From the IMG/VR virus record IMGVR_UViG_3300037247_000655, positions 101,527 through 165,526 of that record: a stretch of 64,000 bases of DNA. The stretch is one strand, 5' to 3'. The stretch comes from a virus. Below the pieces are notes generated by a model that was not told the DNA's origin, ran no database searches, and saw nothing but the letters and a program-made list of their open reading frames with translations. The translations under genes and the position numbers were made by a program. Positions 19,824 through 30,429 of this stretch are shown piece by piece. Each line of letters starts with the position of its first letter. Within the stretch, counting starts at the first letter, position 1.

Positions 19824-20955
19824 AGAACGGAAAGAACTCAGGGGAAAATTTCGTTATGCTACCCTTAATGTCCTGCTGTAAAGTTACAATACAAAATCCT
19901 ACATGAGCTGCAAGCTTTCGTTTACGCATGAATAAAGTTTGGTCTTGCATTGTCCCTGCTTGTAAACAATGAATGTTTCTAACGTAACAATATTCCATTT
20001 TATGATAATGTCCTATTATGCATACTGCTGGTTTTTCCCCTCCTGTAAAACTTTCTGCCAATTTTTGAGAAGAGTATGAAAGAGCATATGAACTACCCCC
20101 GCCAGCATGAATAACTTTTATAATAGCTGATCCATGTGGCGCCTTTAATTCAAAATCCGACTCCATATATCCCAGATAGACTAGATCTTCTCGGCCTTGA
20201 GCCCTTGCTTCTAACATCAAATAACGACCAAACTCGATTCCTTCTCGTTGGTGCCACCACCCACAATGGTCATCTCCATCTACGTAATATGTTTTAATTC
20301 CTGGTTTTGAAGGCCAGTGATCTATCGCGTATTGACATTGATCTGCGATACCGTGAGCTAGTAATTCGTGAGTATTGAATCTACATTCTCCATCTACATA
20401 ATTTCCTGGGCATAGAACTGTTGTTATCCCCCTTCTTTCGAATTCGTCATAAGCAGCATTAAGTACATCTAGTCGTTCAGCCTTACTGCATAGATGCATA
20501 TCTGCAATGACACCGAATGATATTGGTTTTCCGTAGTTATGATTTGCCATTATAATCTTTGGACAAGATTGTTCCACCGATTTACCAAGTTGAATTGTGC
20601 TGCCACGTCGCATTATAATGTAACCGCGCTCTTCCATATCATTAATTACAGCAAGCACATCCTCCTCTGTTGAATGCATCTTCTCAGCAACCTTGGCGGG
20701 TGTAATCGCTTTCTTTATGCGTCTAGCAACTTCTGATCTAAACAAAGGATCACTTGGATCAATTCCCACAATAGGTACACCTGATAATATTGTTTCTGCC
20801 TGGGTGATAAGCTTCCGAGCCTTCCATACGGAAACACCTAAAGTACTCGCCACTTCTTCCCTTAATGTACCAGTACTCCCAGCCTTATTGTGAGATCTAA
20901 TAAGTTGAATAACTTCCTGCACCTCTGCGCTCAATTGCGGCTTTTCTTTAGCCAT
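19765..20955 (-). CDS. Calcineurin-like metallophosphoesterase with N-terminal HTH
   Basis: ADMH, GNYVDG, GDDH, GHYHK. Confidence 0.8.
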   Translation of the reverse strand: MAKEKPQLSAEVQEVIQLIRSHNKAGSTGTLREEVASTLGVSVWKARKLITQAETILSGVPIVGIDPSDPLFRSEVARRIKKAITPAKVAEKMHSTEEDVLAVINDMEERGYIIMRRGSTIQLGKSVEQSCPKIIMANHNYGKPISFGVIADMHLCSKAERLDVLNAAYDEFERRGITTVLCPGNYVDGECRFNTHELLAHGIADQCQYAIDHWPSKPGIKTYYVDGDDHCGWWHQREGIEFGRYLMLEARAQGREDLVYLGYMESDFELKAPHGSAIIKVIHAGGGSSYALSYSSQKLAESFTGGEKPAVCIIGHYHKMEYCYVRNIHCLQAGTMQDQTLFMRKRKLAAHVGFCIVTLQQDIKGSITKFSPEFFPFFDRGYYLKRDGITERLQGD

Positions 20956-20957
20956 AT

Positions 20958-23882
20958 CTAACTTCCACCTTTCGTTGTATCACATTTACCGCTTGGACAA
21001 TCATTAACCGCAGCTTCTTCCGCCATGTCATCCAAGTGTTTTTTAGCCTCAGATATAGGCATAGGAACCAGAGGACTCTCTCCCTTACTTCCATCCCTAT
21101 ACACGGTTATTCCCTTGAGTTTTACTATATGTTTTCTCAAATCCTTTGACAACTGTTCTACTGGATAATCTGCTGGTAAATTTATTGTTTTAGAGATAGA
21201 GTTGTCTATATGTTTCTGGCAAGCTACCTGCATTACAAGATGCGCTTCTGGTGAGATATCATGAGCACCCTGAAAATGTTTAGTAGACCTATGCGTTCGT
21301 ATGAATTTTTTCAACAATGGATGAACAACAACTTCAGTAACACCATCCCTTTTACTGTCATCATGCATATTTTTATGTATGTTAAAGCGTCTCTCATATA
21401 CCGGTTGAAACAATGGTTCAATACCGGATGAACAACCAGCAACGATGGATGTTGTCCCAGTCGGCGCAATACAGAGTAAAGCACAGTTTCTGATACCATG
21501 TTCTTTAATTAATCTCCGATGATTGCGAGTTAAATGTTTCCTAGCAAAACCAGTTTTGATATGCTGTTCTGCATCAAAAGAATGGAATGGTCCCTTTTCT
21601 ATTGCAATTCTTATGCTAGCGTGATAAGCCTGTTTTTTTATGCAGTTCATCACCTTATCAATCAGATCCCTAGATTCTTGACTAGAATATTTTATACCTA
21701 GTTCAAGCAACATGTCATGAAGTCCCATCACTCCCAAGCCAATTCGACGATGTTTTTGAGATGTTTCTTCTATCAGAGGCAGTGGATAATTATTTTGATC
21801 TAACACGTTGTCTAGGAAACGAACACTTAGAGAAACTGTTTCTTCTAACATATCTAGGTCAATCTCATTATCAACGACATGAGTGTGTAAATTTATAGCT
21901 CCTAAACAGCAGCATCCATATTCTTCCAAAGTGACCTCACCGCAATTTCCAACAACCAGTCCATTAACTATTAAGGAATGTGTATCAGGTTCATTAAGAC
22001 AGTAAACATCTTCTACTCCATCCTTAACTATAGATTTGATTTTAGTGATAAATCTTTCTGGCTTACGACATTTCCTTCCCCTTTGATCCAATAATTCAGT
22101 AAGTTGTTTTTGTTTATTTCCAGCGAAAGCAATAAGTTTCTCAAAAGTAATAGAATTAGGCCTATTTATAATCAATTCGTATTGTGTTTTGCACAGATAG
22201 GGTTTGTGCCCACCATGACCATCGGGCAAATTGCGGTATTGTTCATCTCTTCTCTTATGGATACTGGATATTATTCCAAAATTGTTGAGAAGAATTTGTA
22301 CATCCTGTAATAACGGAAGATTACTTTGGGAAAGTCTAACAGAAAGGGAACCTTTGGTTCCACGATCTTTGAGTTGAACAGAACCATCTGCTTGAAACAA
22401 TCCAGCCAGATAACCCTTTACTAATTCTCGTGACCCTCTCCAAACTAATTCTGGAACACGATTTTTGAATGTTCTGATGTTCTCATCAAATTCTTCAGAA
22501 AAGTATCTAGATAATCTTATCGACGCAATACGTTTTTTATCCGGTTCCAAACAACTCCTAACAGTTACGAATCCATATTCCTTTTTAGTCTTAGTAAATT
22601 TTTTATTATTTATTTTTCCATTAACTATACACAGCGTTTGGTCGCATAATTCATCTTCACTCCAGTAATCTAAACACATTATAACATCTTTGTCGGATCT
22701 AATTGTTGTCCCATCTCCAGTAAATGATCCGATTATCAATCCATCTCCATAATCACCGATATCTCCCCAGATACCTTCTCCAGATTGTAAATTAAGTTCA
22801 TGGCCTTCAGATAATACTTTTAATGGCCTACGGCCTAGTTGTGTTATAAATTCATGATATTCAGTACATCTTATCGTATGTCCATGTGATGTGGTTACTT
22901 TATAAATTTGCTGCTGTTTCCCCGTCATTTTCACAGGACTTGCTTGTCGAACTTTAATACCGCGTAAAATAGAATTTACACATCTATTATCTGTAGATAC
23001 GTGATTATTCCCGCCAGATTCAAATAACTCACCAAAAGATATAATCCCACGATCTGTATGAAGTCGCATTTCCTTTGTAAAACAAGGATTAGTTGAGGAG
23101 AACTCTCCACCACTGGCATAAGCTAATGTATTTTGTTCATCTATAAAACCCTTATTCAGAAAACCAGGATCTCCACCCTTCCACGCATTTTGTATAATCT
23201 TATCCCAGACTTCCTTAGCAGGAATCCTACCACGTTCTTCCCCTTGCCACTTAAAGACTATCTCTCCTTGGTCGTCAAGCAACTTAAAAAACTCATTATC
23301 AACCAATACGGAAATATTAGCATTAGTTAATTCTTTGTTATCAAGTTTCGCTTCCAAAAATTCAAGCAGGTCTGGGTGGTCATAATTCAAACAGAATAAA
23401 AGAGCGGATCTGCGCCCCCCACCTTCTCGCAACTCATTACAGACACCATTGACGGCCCTCATCAGACTGACAGAACCAGTAGCTTCTCCACCAGTCCCTC
23501 TAATCTTCGTGCCTCTAGGTCTAATTTTGGAAAAGTTAATGCCGACTCCACCACCCGTTCCGGAAATGATTGTTACATTACGGAGGACATCTCCCCACCC
23601 TTCTCGACTGTCCTCTGCGGGAATACAGAAACAGTTTAAAAGCTGACCACGAGGACGCCCTGCTCCTCTCCATATCCTACCACCCGGAGAAAAACGATTG
23701 GTTTGCAATATCTCAATGAATCTAGCGAAGTACTCATCCCTCTTTGTTCCAAGTTCTGCATCAGCTATATTCCTGGAGACCCTTTCACAAGCCTGAGAGA
23801 ATGTCTCCTCTTCATGAATAGCATATCTATCCTTAAAGATCTGTAAAGCGAACCCCTGTGGTTCATACATCTCTGTGCTCAC
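20958..23882 (-). CDS. nrdJ: Class II (B12-dependent) ribonucleotide reductase with intein
   Basis: GQLLNCF, GGGVG, TNP|intein|CGE, APTGT, SSGIEP, ISKTIN, YRDGS. Confidence 0.9.
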   Translation of the reverse strand: MSTEMYEPQGFALQIFKDRYAIHEEETFSQACERVSRNIADAELGTKRDEYFARFIEILQTNRFSPGGRIWRGAGRPRGQLLNCFCIPAEDSREGWGDVLRNVTIISGTGGGVGINFSKIRPRGTKIRGTGGEATGSVSLMRAVNGVCNELREGGGRRSALLFCLNYDHPDLLEFLEAKLDNKELTNANISVLVDNEFFKLLDDQGEIVFKWQGEERGRIPAKEVWDKIIQNAWKGGDPGFLNKGFIDEQNTLAYASGGEFSSTNPCFTKEMRLHTDRGIISFGELFESGGNNHVSTDNRCVNSILRGIKVRQASPVKMTGKQQQIYKVTTSHGHTIRCTEYHEFITQLGRRPLKVLSEGHELNLQSGEGIWGDIGDYGDGLIIGSFTGDGTTIRSDKDVIMCLDYWSEDELCDQTLCIVNGKINNKKFTKTKKEYGFVTVRSCLEPDKKRIASIRLSRYFSEEFDENIRTFKNRVPELVWRGSRELVKGYLAGLFQADGSVQLKDRGTKGSLSVRLSQSNLPLLQDVQILLNNFGIISSIHKRRDEQYRNLPDGHGGHKPYLCKTQYELIINRPNSITFEKLIAFAGNKQKQLTELLDQRGRKCRKPERFITKIKSIVKDGVEDVYCLNEPDTHSLIVNGLVVGNCGEVTLEEYGCCCLGAINLHTHVVDNEIDLDMLEETVSLSVRFLDNVLDQNNYPLPLIEETSQKHRRIGLGVMGLHDMLLELGIKYSSQESRDLIDKVMNCIKKQAYHASIRIAIEKGPFHSFDAEQHIKTGFARKHLTRNHRRLIKEHGIRNCALLCIAPTGTTSIVAGCSSGIEPLFQPVYERRFNIHKNMHDDSKRDGVTEVVVHPLLKKFIRTHRSTKHFQGAHDISPEAHLVMQVACQKHIDNSISKTINLPADYPVEQLSKDLRKHIVKLKGITVYRDGSKGESPLVPMPISEAKKHLDDMAEEAAVNDCPSGKCDTTKGGS
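21945..23084 (-). mobile_element. 380-aa intein with LAGLIDADG homing endonuclease
   Basis: Begins CFTKE, block B TEYH, IIGSFTGDG and LAGLFQADG, ends VVGN before extein Cys. Confidence 0.9.
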
Positions 23883-24526
23883 TAAGCATCTCCTCCATTT
23901 ATTCGTAAGGTTCTGTCACTATCAGAACCAATAATTGCCTGTTGACTACTACTAGGTTGCTTCTTTAAATACGACGTCACAGCGGACCTAAACGGATCTA
24001 TTGTCCTGCTATAATATTCTCCATAACGAGAGTAAGCCATGGAGTCTGCGATGCGCAACTTGAACCAATTCTGAATATTATCCCGTCCAACATCAGCGAT
24101 GAATTTCCTAATGGTTTTTTCCTTGGTGGCCCCAGTTATGTCATACATATGTGTAGACACTAGCCTGACGACACGATCTGTCACATACGAAGAGGCACCC
24201 CATTCCCCCAACCTCCTGACCGCTATCTTAGCCGACTCTATATCGTGATTCGGAAATCTAGACTGTGGATTAGTGGTCGGTTTTATACAACTTTTCCCTA
24301 GGTCGTGAAATAGGCCAGACAGCAAAGCTATCGAGGTGGCGTCCGACAGACTATCTATGACCAACATTGTATGTTCCCACACGGATTGGCCGTTGCTGTG
24401 CTTAATATCCTTAGCTACTTCTAGCTCTGGGAAATCAGATGGCGCATGATTAGACATCCAATAATCACTGGGATTACCAAATCTCATTCCTATCACCACT
24501 TGTTGTATCAAAGGTCTCTTGTCCAT
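23882..24526 (-). CDS. HD-domain phosphohydrolase (type found in CCA-adding enzymes)
   Basis: VWEHTM, LFHDLGK, FPNHDIESA, HM, IAD. Confidence 0.8.
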   Translation of the reverse strand: MDKRPLIQQVVIGMRFGNPSDYWMSNHAPSDFPELEVAKDIKHSNGQSVWEHTMLVIDSLSDATSIALLSGLFHDLGKSCIKPTTNPQSRFPNHDIESAKIAVRRLGEWGASSYVTDRVVRLVSTHMYDITGATKEKTIRKFIADVGRDNIQNWFKLRIADSMAYSRYGEYYSRTIDPFRSAVTSYLKKQPSSSQQAIIGSDSDRTLRINGGDA

Positions 24527-25321
24527 TTAGTTTGAAGTATAGCTACTTTCTATGATGTCTATAGCCATCAACAAAGAGATGGCCTTTGCCATGTGGGGAA
24601 TTATCTGGCCACGCTTGGTTGTCGACATCATATATGGAACACCTATCAGATAATAATGGCCATCGTATTCCTTGAACAATCCGCCTCCGCTTGAACCGTT
24701 GACTATTGATGCGGTATTAGCGTAAACAACCCATTCTATTTCGCCGCAAGCACCATTTGCAATCCCAGAAATTATTCCTTCTGTGGGTAGGGGCCTCATA
24801 CCCAACTTACAACCAACAGAGACTACCTCGTCAAATATTGTTATTTGGTCTAATTGAGCCATGTCCGCCATCTTGGCTACTGGTAGCATTTCTTTGGAAG
24901 TGAAAGACAAAACTGATAAATCTCGGTGCGCATCTTCCTCCACAACGCGTGCCACGTGGTCGGACCACTCGTCACTTAGGATACTAAAAGTTAAAACGCC
25001 ACATCCAGTATCCACAGCCTTCGTCGTTGTCCTTCCTGTCAAAAAGTCCACGCTGTCCACCTGGGTAATCCATCTTGGGCGTATGACGTGTTCGTTTGTA
25101 AGCACCCTGTATTCGAATACTCCATCGTCATTTCGACGCAACCGATCTATGACTGTTCCAGAACCTGTTCCATACTGGGTGTAGACGAGGACTATCGGGC
25201 CTATTGTTTCCTCCCGTTTGATCTCTTTTGTGTCTGGCGACAGTAGTAGTTCTGTATTAATTGCGTCTATTGGTGAACACAAGATCAAGTATAACACTAA
25301 TGTTTTTAACAACAAAATCAT
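24527..25321 (-). CDS. Secreted trypsin-like serine protease
   Basis: Signal peptide, TNEHV, DLSVL, GSSGG catalytic triad. Confidence 0.85.
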   Translation of the reverse strand: MILLLKTLVLYLILCSPIDAINTELLLSPDTKEIKREETIGPIVLVYTQYGTGSGTVIDRLRRNDDGVFEYRVLTNEHVIRPRWITQVDSVDFLTGRTTTKAVDTGCGVLTFSILSDEWSDHVARVVEEDAHRDLSVLSFTSKEMLPVAKMADMAQLDQITIFDEVVSVGCKLGMRPLPTEGIISGIANGACGEIEWVVYANTASIVNGSSGGGLFKEYDGHYYLIGVPYMMSTTKRGQIIPHMAKAISLLMAIDIIESSYTSN

Positions 25322-25386
25322 ATTTTGTTTTCCAGAAAGAAATATTGCACGGCTCTATGCAGAGTAATACAAACTTAACCAATCAC

Positions 25387-25866
25387 CTACCCTGCGAATT
25401 CTTGAACCCCATCGAGTGCCCCGTCGATTCCCGACGAAACAATAGCTATTATCAACTCTTGATCTTCTGTCATATTAAAATCCAATGCCCCGAGATATCT
25501 ATCTAATAGATCTATTATAGTCAAACCATATACCTGATATTTCTGAGGCAATTCTGTTGCTACCAGCTGGCGGGCACCTGTAAAATTCGGTTGACCAGGT
25601 ACAGATAATAAGTCTTTCATCGCTACTAGGTACCCTTTGATTAAGTTTACGTCTTCTGACGGCATATCAGCTTCTTTCAAAGCGAGGCGTGTCGCCATCT
25701 TGGAGAACATAAAAACATCAGCTTTCAAATTAGGAACATTATCCTGCCAATCACCCCCACCAGTGCTACATCCGACAACCGGTCCACACATGACCACCAA
25801 CAACAACGAAATTATCGACCACTTCTTCATTTTTTCACCCTTTTCCTGATAAAACCCAAAAACCAC
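25387..25866 (-). CDS. Putative lipoprotein
   Basis: MKKW..VVGC lipobox; true start probably MKKW. Confidence 0.6.
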   Translation of the reverse strand: MVFGFYQEKGEKMKKWSIISLLLVVMCGPVVGCSTGGGDWQDNVPNLKADVFMFSKMATRLALKEADMPSEDVNLIKGYLVAMKDLLSVPGQPNFTGARQLVATELPQKYQVYGLTIIDLLDRYLGALDFNMTEDQELIIAIVSSGIDGALDGVQEFAG

Positions 25867-25893
25867 AGTTAGTTATACACACATAACTAGCTA

Positions 25894-26217
25894 TTACTGA
25901 CATTCTCTTTCTATTTTTTCTCTTCGTTTTTGTTTGCTTTGTTGATTTGCGTCTATATCCTTCTGGCGACCATATCTCCATGTACGCTTAGACCTTTTTT
26001 TACCACCCGACTTGTCTGGAGGACTCTCTACGTGATACAATTCTCCACACATAACTTGTCCGGTCGTCTTACTTGTATGTTTTTCTCTACACTTATCTTT
26101 ACACCTGAGCCTATCTCCCCCTCCACATGCGCACAAATCCAGCCCAGACAATCTCCTGAGTCTCTGTGTCTTTTTTTCTTCTCTCTTTTTTTTGTTATGA
26201 CCCTTTTCGTTTTCCAT
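25894..26217 (-). CDS. Hypothetical basic Cys-containing protein
   Basis: Packed directly after the sigma factor. Confidence 0.5.
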   Translation of the reverse strand: MENEKGHNKKKREEKKTQRLRRLSGLDLCACGGGDRLRCKDKCREKHTSKTTGQVMCGELYHVESPPDKSGGKKRSKRTWRYGRQKDIDANQQSKQKRREKIERECQ

Positions 26218-26220
26218 TAC

Positions 26221-26733
26221 TTATCCCACCTTTATTGTAAATTTATGTTTCATTTTATTAATAGCCCTTGTTTTAATACGATAAACTGTAGACGGCACAA
26301 TGCCATGAGAAGAAGCGACCTCTCTGGTAGTCTTGTGCTCAAAAAATAACTCTGCAATAATGCTTGTCTCTTCTTCATTTAGACACGCCAAACATTCCTG
26401 TATGGTCATCCCAGAATCTAAATCCCCACAAAGTCCAGCAAAATTAGACATACGTTCATGAGATATGCTCTGTGCTCGTTTTGCTCTTAATTCCGCATCC
26501 CTCATGTGTCTGAATGTACCCAATAATCTAGAATACAAAAAGGTGATAAACGAACCACCTCCACAGTAACATATCATACATTTCAAAAGTTCATCATCAG
26601 CACGAGCTTTTAACTCATCCGAATGAGCTGAATCTACCCCTACGGATGTGGATAACTGTACAACTAATGGAGCATACTTGATTCTGGCTCGATGGAAATA
26701 CTCCTTAGTAACACGACGATTTACTTGCAACAT
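26221..26733 (-). CDS. Sigma-70 family RNA polymerase sigma factor
   Basis: Region 2 (SFITFLY) and region 4 HTH (TTREVA..STVYRIKTRAINKMK); start revised to the ATG overlapping the clpP TGA. Confidence 0.75.
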   Translation of the reverse strand: MLQVNRRVTKEYFHRARIKYAPLVVQLSTSVGVDSAHSDELKARADDELLKCMICYCGGGSFITFLYSRLLGTFRHMRDAELRAKRAQSISHERMSNFAGLCGDLDSGMTIQECLACLNEEETSIIAELFFEHKTTREVASSHGIVPSTVYRIKTRAINKMKHKFTIKVG

Positions 26734-27365
26734 CAACGAGACTCCATATAAATCTTCCGTTCCATAGTCGGTGTCCATAACCCGTCTATAATTCCCATAC
26801 GCGTAGCTGTCTTTGGGGACATCCACTTAGTTTCTTCCATCATAGATAGTAATTGTTTGTTTGTCAACTTAGTCCTCCTAGCCATTGCCTTCATTTTCTC
26901 TAAATAGTCGTCATTGACATATTTTATCATAGAGTTGTGCTTGTCCAGAGACTCCATACCGCTTTGTATAATGACAGAATGCAACATCATAGATGAGTTG
27001 GGTGTTGCATATCTTTTACCCTTGGTTCCGAATATAGAAATTATAGCACCCATAGAATGGGCTTGCCCACGGACTATTGTGTAAACTGGGCCACGACACG
27101 ACAACATCTGATCTATGATAGCATAACCAGAGGCCAAACAACCACCGGGACTATTAATATACATATATATTGGATCTTTAGTCAAAGAAAATAGCTGTAA
27201 ATAATTACATATATTAACTGATGACATTTCATCAATCAAGCCCACTACCAAGATACGACGAGTTCTCGTCAAAAATTCTTCAACGATAGGATCCACCTGT
27301 ATTGGTATTGACATTTCTAGCCCGTCGCCACATTTACATACCCTGTGCTTTGGATTAAATTGCAT
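26733..27365 (-). CDS. clpP: ClpP protease proteolytic subunit
   Basis: YINSPGG, AHSMGA (Ser), MMLH (His), GIID. Confidence 0.9.
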   Translation of the reverse strand: MQFNPKHRVCKCGDGLEMSIPIQVDPIVEEFLTRTRRILVVGLIDEMSSVNICNYLQLFSLTKDPIYMYINSPGGCLASGYAIIDQMLSCRGPVYTIVRGQAHSMGAIISIFGTKGKRYATPNSSMMLHSVIIQSGMESLDKHNSMIKYVNDDYLEKMKAMARRTKLTNKQLLSMMEETKWMSPKTATRMGIIDGLWTPTMERKIYMESR

Positions 27366-28239
27366 CTTTCCCTCCGAAAGGATGGCACTTCTTGTGTAAG
27401 ATTTGTAGTCTATTAAAATCAGTTGTCAAATAGCTCTGAGTAGTAGCAAGATGCTCATGGCCTAGGAGTGTCTGAATACATTCAAGGTCCATGCCATTAC
27501 GCATTAACGTTGTAGCGCAAGTTCTCCTTAACATATGAGGAGTCACGTGCTGAACTCCAGCTCGGCGAGCAGACGACGTAAGCATGTCCGAAACAGCTCT
27601 TCGAGTAAGACGATTGCCATCTGTTTTGACGAACATTGCCTTTCGGGACGAGGCCCTTTCTAAATTAACGTAATCCTGAATCTTCTTAACACACTCTTCT
27701 GTAGTAGGAACGATCCTGTCTACACAACCTTTACCAGATACTCGCATCTCTCGCTTCTTTATATTAATATCCTGTAGATTAAGACTACACAGCTCTGATA
27801 CTCTCAACCCGCTATGATACAGCGTCAATATAATAGCGACATTCCTGCGAACGTTAGATGTTCCATATGAGGGCATACTATTTTTAGCAAATGAAACAAG
27901 ACTATCCACAACCTTAGATTCCACCGCATCTATAGTTCTCCTTTCCACGCGAATCGAATTCATAATAGACAGTAAGTTATCATCTAATAGACCAATACTA
28001 GTCAAGTGATGACACAAACAACGAATAGACATATATTTGCGACGTACGGTTGTATCTATTAGGTTGCTCGATTGTAATCTTTGAATAAAATCTTCAATTA
28101 ACTCAATAGTAATAGTTTGCTTATCAGCAAAGACCATAAATTCCGATACATCCCTAGTATAAGCTTCGATCGTTGCATCAGCCAGGCCAAGTTCCACCTT
28201 CATATACGTGTTAAACTTTTCCCACACTAAGATCGACAT
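27355..28239 (-). CDS. XerC/XerD-like tyrosine recombinase
   Basis: GLRVSEL, GKG, HMLRR, LGH, TTQSY. Confidence 0.9.
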   Translation of the reverse strand: MSILVWEKFNTYMKVELGLADATIEAYTRDVSEFMVFADKQTITIELIEDFIQRLQSSNLIDTTVRRKYMSIRCLCHHLTSIGLLDDNLLSIMNSIRVERRTIDAVESKVVDSLVSFAKNSMPSYGTSNVRRNVAIILTLYHSGLRVSELCSLNLQDINIKKREMRVSGKGCVDRIVPTTEECVKKIQDYVNLERASSRKAMFVKTDGNRLTRRAVSDMLTSSARRAGVQHVTPHMLRRTCATTLMRNGMDLECIQTLLGHEHLATTQSYLTTDFNRLQILHKKCHPFGGKDAI

Positions 28240-28259
28240 TGCAGTCCTTTCATCGAGTT

Positions 28260-28288
28260 ATTATACGTCAAAAGGTATTGTTTGTTGC
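28260..28288 (-). promoter_or_regulatory. Putative promoter GCAAC-N16-CGTATAAT (copy 2)
   Basis: Intergenic, upstream of the recombinase-clpP-sigma cassette. Confidence 0.65.
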
Positions 28289-28303
28289 CAACATTTTCGT
28301 CTT

Positions 28304-29131
28304 TTATACTCTTTTATATTCAGATTCTACTCCGTTTGTTCCATCTTCAAGTGTGACTATATTAAATCCGTGTGCAAAAAGTGGAGCTTTATCTTGTAGA
28401 ATACGACACATTTTGACAGCTAATTTCCGTATCTCAACATCTGCAAACTTACTACCTCTTAACTCTATAAAATGACGCACAGCTCTAGCATTCATAGTCA
28501 CGAATATCTTAGTTTCAGTTGCGTTAGGGAGTACTGATCTCGCAGCTTGTCGAGCCTTTTTGCGGCGCTCTAACCCACTTTCGATATCCTTATACATATC
28601 CGATAACTTAGTTGTCAGATCTTCATATAGTTGACGGGATTTCTCACAATGTTCTATCCATGTCCGATATGTATCTGGGTCAGACTTTGCTAACTCCTGA
28701 ATTGCCGGAGGTACAACAAACGCGACACTCGATGAATCTACATACCTTTGACTTAACTGTGAAAAAGATGCGATCCGATGACGAACCAATTCATGAGTCA
28801 GACTACGAGAAGCATTCCATATAATAAAATTGAAAACAGCATGTTCTATTGCCGCTCCATGACCTACTTCAATCAAATGCTTTATGTGTTCGTCATGAGT
28901 CCTACCCTTTGGTTTTTCGCCTTCTTTGGCCCATGATTGGTAACAATTCCTCCCGGCCATCTCTACCAACCATTCTCCATCTTTATCACCTAAAGAAATC
29001 ATAGAATCAAGTTGATCTGTAAATTCTGGCCAAACATAATTATGATCATCTAAAAATTCCTTAACTCCTTCAATTTCTATAATTACCTTTCCTACTAAAG
29101 CTATCTTTGGTTCTGTCACGAAATTATTCAT
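28304..29131 (-). CDS. thyX: FAD-dependent thymidylate synthase
   Basis: RHRIASFSQLSQRY, ARSVLP, NAR; start revised to MNNF, which follows AAGGAG. Confidence 0.95.
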   Translation of the reverse strand: MNNFVTEPKIALVGKVIIEIEGVKEFLDDHNYVWPEFTDQLDSMISLGDKDGEWLVEMAGRNCYQSWAKEGEKPKGRTHDEHIKHLIEVGHGAAIEHAVFNFIIWNASRSLTHELVRHRIASFSQLSQRYVDSSSVAFVVPPAIQELAKSDPDTYRTWIEHCEKSRQLYEDLTTKLSDMYKDIESGLERRKKARQAARSVLPNATETKIFVTMNARAVRHFIELRGSKFADVEIRKLAVKMCRILQDKAPLFAHGFNIVTLEDGTNGVESEYKRV

Positions 29132-29691
29132 ACCTTTTCTCCTTGTTTGACTATCATCCAACAATTGCCGTCTACTACAGGTTTCAACCCATTCGATTGA
29201 GCAAAAGCATCGACGACACCACTGACTGATCCCCAAGTATAATCATGACCCCCTAGAATTCCTCCGCATTTAATCTTTGGCCACCACGCTTCTATATCCC
29301 TCTTAACATCTTTCGCAACATGGGAAGCATCTATGAAACAAAAATCAACACTTGTGTCGCGAAACATGGCGGAGGACTCAGCGCTGTCTTCTTTGTGAAT
29401 ATTAAATTGTCCCAACAGGTTCAATCTCTTCATATTCTCTTTGAAAACTTCCAACATATTTCTTGATCGTTGAGCTTTAGTAGCTGGATCACTAAGACAA
29501 CCGCCAATACAATTATCTACCGCATGATACTCATTATTATTGCGGATACATATAGGGACCATCACCGCAGTGCTCTTACCTGCGAAAAAACCCAACTCTA
29601 CCACGATGCCATTTGTTATCTTATTACATATAGCTGAAACGAACCTCGCATCATTGGGGGCGAACCATCCTTCAATTTGATCCCACCTCAT
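29128..29691 (-). CDS. Class I SAM methyltransferase (Methyltransf_24-like)
   Basis: VELG..GKS, FIDASH, GGILGGHDY. Confidence 0.85.
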   Translation of the reverse strand: MRWDQIEGWFAPNDARFVSAICNKITNGIVVELGFFAGKSTAVMVPICIRNNNEYHAVDNCIGGCLSDPATKAQRSRNMLEVFKENMKRLNLLGQFNIHKEDSAESSAMFRDTSVDFCFIDASHVAKDVKRDIEAWWPKIKCGGILGGHDYTWGSVSGVVDAFAQSNGLKPVVDGNCWMIVKQGEKV

Positions 29692-29692
29692 T

Positions 29693-30100
29693 CTACATTC
29701 CTTTCTTAATGGCTTTTTCTAAAGCCTTAATCATCGGCAACGCATTATGATTGTCAATGAATAAATAAAATGGTGAACCACTATAACAACAACGAGCTAT
29801 ACCAGCTTTAGTTAATGGGCATTTTTCACAATCGTCACGTAAACCACTAAAATGCTGGCACAATGCACAAGTCTTGTCAGTAAATTCAAAACACTTTACA
29901 TCCTCCCCATCTTCCGCTCTTTGTATGTCTGAAGTATTCATCAAATCGGTACCGTCTAACGACACCTTATGTTTCTTTCTATTAACAGGTTTCAAGCCCA
30001 ACCACTTTTTCAATGAATGCTTTAATGCATACCTTGCAGACACTTTATTAGCTGGTGTACTATAGAATTCCTTTTTCCACGATGACAGACTCATTCCCAT
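29693..30100 (-). CDS. Hypothetical protein
   Basis: CALC..CEKCPL; AAGGAG RBS. Confidence 0.6.
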   Translation of the reverse strand: MGMSLSSWKKEFYSTPANKVSARYALKHSLKKWLGLKPVNRKKHKVSLDGTDLMNTSDIQRAEDGEDVKCFEFTDKTCALCQHFSGLRDDCEKCPLTKAGIARCCYSGSPFYLFIDNHNALPMIKALEKAIKKGM

Positions 30101-30120
30101 CTCCTTAAATAGTTCAACAT

Positions 30121-30429
30121 CTACCCCATCTTTTCATGACGTTCTTCTTCTTTTATTCTACCTATCTCTCCTTCAACAAAAATATCTTCACTACAATGAT
30201 TGGTAAAATCTTCACACTCATTACACAAATACATATTATAGATTTCATTGATACCTATAACTTTATGAATAGTGAACTCGCATCCGATAGGGAACGATAT
30301 ACAACAACCGAAACACTTATGGGGCTTCCTTGTCTTAGCAATATGGATTATTCTCAATGTATAACAATCTCTTGGTGATGTCTTAAGTTTTTTCATGACA
30401 CTCCTTAATCTTATAAGACAAATCAACAC
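30121..30429 (-). CDS. Hypothetical Zn-finger protein
   Basis: KTRKPHKCFGC..CNEC. Confidence 0.55.
   Translation of the reverse strand: MLICLIRLRSVMKKLKTSPRDCYTLRIIHIAKTRKPHKCFGCCISFPIGCEFTIHKVIGINEIYNMYLCNECEDFTNHCSEDIFVEGEIGRIKEEERHEKMG

Noticed and set aside
8402-24526. Z-base (diaminopurine) genome
   Set aside because: No purZ is in the window, and the HD protein resembles CCA-enzyme HD domains rather than DatZ.
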